From an uncultured delta proteobacterium (GTDB lineage Bacteria > Desulfobacterota > Desulfuromonadia > Desulfuromonadales > JACZKF01): DNA of 64,000 nucleotides. The translations under genes were made by a program, and so were the position numbers. Where the stretch lies: assembly GCA_963816395.1 (NCBI GenBank), contig CAWFKQ010000016.1:576001-640000 (forward strand). The letters are read 5' to 3'. Numbering within the stretch: the stretch's first letter is position 1; each line of letters begins with the position of its first letter. Shown piece after piece: positions 63,038 to 64,000 of this stretch. The notes beneath the pieces were generated by a model. The model saw nothing but the letters and a program-made list of their open reading frames with translations, did not search any database and was not told the DNA's origin.

Positions 63038-64000
63038 TTAAATGTCAGCCCGTTTTTCCAGGCGCTGGAACAGACGATCGAAGCCTGTCCGGCGCAGTTC
63101 GGCATAAAGCTCGATGCCGAGCTGCAGCCAGCTGCGGATGAAATGGCAGCTGCCGCCGGGGGGAAGCCCCAGTTTGTTCTCCCGGAGGTGGTTTTCGTAG
63201 TGGCAACCTCCGGCACACAGGGTCCTGGCCCAGCATCCGGAACACATCCGGTCCTTGCCTTCGGTGAGCGCGGCAAGACTCGACCGGATTCTCCCCGCGT
63301 CGGCTCCGCTATCAAGATGCCCCACCTGAAATTCCGGTTCCCCGGTCAATCGGTGGCAGGGGAAAAAGGCCCCTGAGGCATCCACTGCCAGATACCCCAG
63401 GCCGGCACCGCAGGCCACGGACTTGGTCTGGCCCCGGTGCAGCCGTCCCAGCAGATCGAGGATGTTGCTGAAGGGAAGAACCCTCCCGGCAGCGGCCTCT
63501 TCCCGAAAACGGCGGGCCATGGTGGTGAAGCCCGCCAGCAGCGTTTCTTCCTGTTCGCGGCTGGGCAGCAGGTCGGTGGTAATCGGGCTGGCCGGAGAAA
63601 TGCCTACCTCATGAAATCCCAGGTCCATCAGATGGGCGAAGACCTCCTCCAGCCGCCCCCACTGATCGGGAGCAAGGGTCACCCGGGCCGCGACCGGCAC
63701 CGGACTCTCCCGCAGCAGACCCGACAACCGCGACAGGACCCTGGCATAGCTTCCGTGCCCTGCGGCATCGGGACGGTTGGCATCGTGCAGGTCCGGGGGG
63801 CCGTCCAGACTGAGGGCGACCATGACCCGGTGACGATGCAGAAAATCCACGATCTCGGGATTGAGCAGGGTGCCGTTGGTGGTCATGGAGACCTGGATCT
63901 TTTTCCCCACCTCGGCCCCCTTGGCCGCCTCCTCCACCGCCGCCTCGACGGCCGCCATGTTGAGCAGCGGCTCGCCGCCGAAAAGCACCAGGGTGGCGCT
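63038..64000 (-). CDS. qhpD: radical SAM/SPASM thioether-forming maturase QhpD; 5' part outside window
   Basis: LFGGEPLLN, TTNGTLL, SLDGP, CGAG...FFPCHR, CSGCWARTLCAGGCHYE...C SPASM; immediately upstream of qhpC. Confidence 0.88.
   Translation of the reverse strand, partial: SATLVLFGGEPLLNMAAVEAAVEEAAKGAEVGKKIQVSMTTNGTLLNPEIVDFLHRHRVMVALSLDGPPDLHDANRPDAAGHGSYARVLSRLSGLLRESPVPVAARVTLAPDQWGRLEEVFAHLMDLGFHEVGISPASPITTDLLPSREQEETLLAGFTTMARRFREEAAAGRVLPFSNILDLLGRLHRGQTKSVACGAGLGYLAVDASGAFFPCHRLTGEPEFQVGHLDSGADAGRIRSSLAALTEGKDRMCSGCWARTLCAGGCHYENHLRENKLGLPPGGSCHFIRSWLQLGIELYAELRRTGFDRLFQRLEKRADI

Noticed and set aside
62506..64000. Novel sactipeptide/ranthipeptide antibiotic cluster
   Set aside because: The precursor is clearly a QHNDH gamma subunit (CWW CTQ motif) with an adjacent beta subunit.

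Overview
GC-rich (visibly >60%) window from an anaerobic aromatic-degrading deltaproteobacterium; the Desulfuromonadales/Geobacter-like assignment is inferred from gene content and intergenic repeat types. Left to right: (i) the end of the benzoyl-CoA ring pathway (had, dch), an IclR regulator and TRAP permeases; (ii) a long + strand acyl-CoA cluster with a radical 2-hydroxyacyl-CoA dehydratase/BCR-family subunit and activator, ADP-forming CoA ligase, thiolase, crotonase, 3-hydroxyacyl-CoA dehydrogenase, PaaK, IorAB, a tandem-duplicated ACT + ketopantoate-reductase-like pair and a CoA transferase; (iii) a Geobacter-type p-cresol (pcm) cluster with 4-hydroxybenzoyl-CoA reductase, XdhC/YqeB/YqeC-MocA maturation genes, MarR, an AOR-MoaD fusion, aldehyde dehydrogenase, SDR, porin, two unequal PCMH flavoproteins, cytochromes c and a Rieske protein, driven by a sigma54 promoter and a XylR/DmpR-type activator; about 2 kb of this operon is replaced by a poly-T assembly artefact; (iv) an orphan DctP, a CoA-transferase-GNAT fusion, an aromatic-acid-type ABC importer and a Usp; (v) a quinohemoprotein amine dehydrogenase (qhp) operon followed by an AOR. 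The most notable observation is in the qhp operon. A translationally coupled UbiU/UbiV-like U32-family pair sits between qhpB and qhpF/qhpE, and no O2-dependent flavin monooxygenase QhpG is visible in the window. This suggests an O2-independent route to the cysteine-tryptophylquinone cofactor. Many genes between about 21 and 61 kb carry single-base frameshifts that look like long-read consensus errors.
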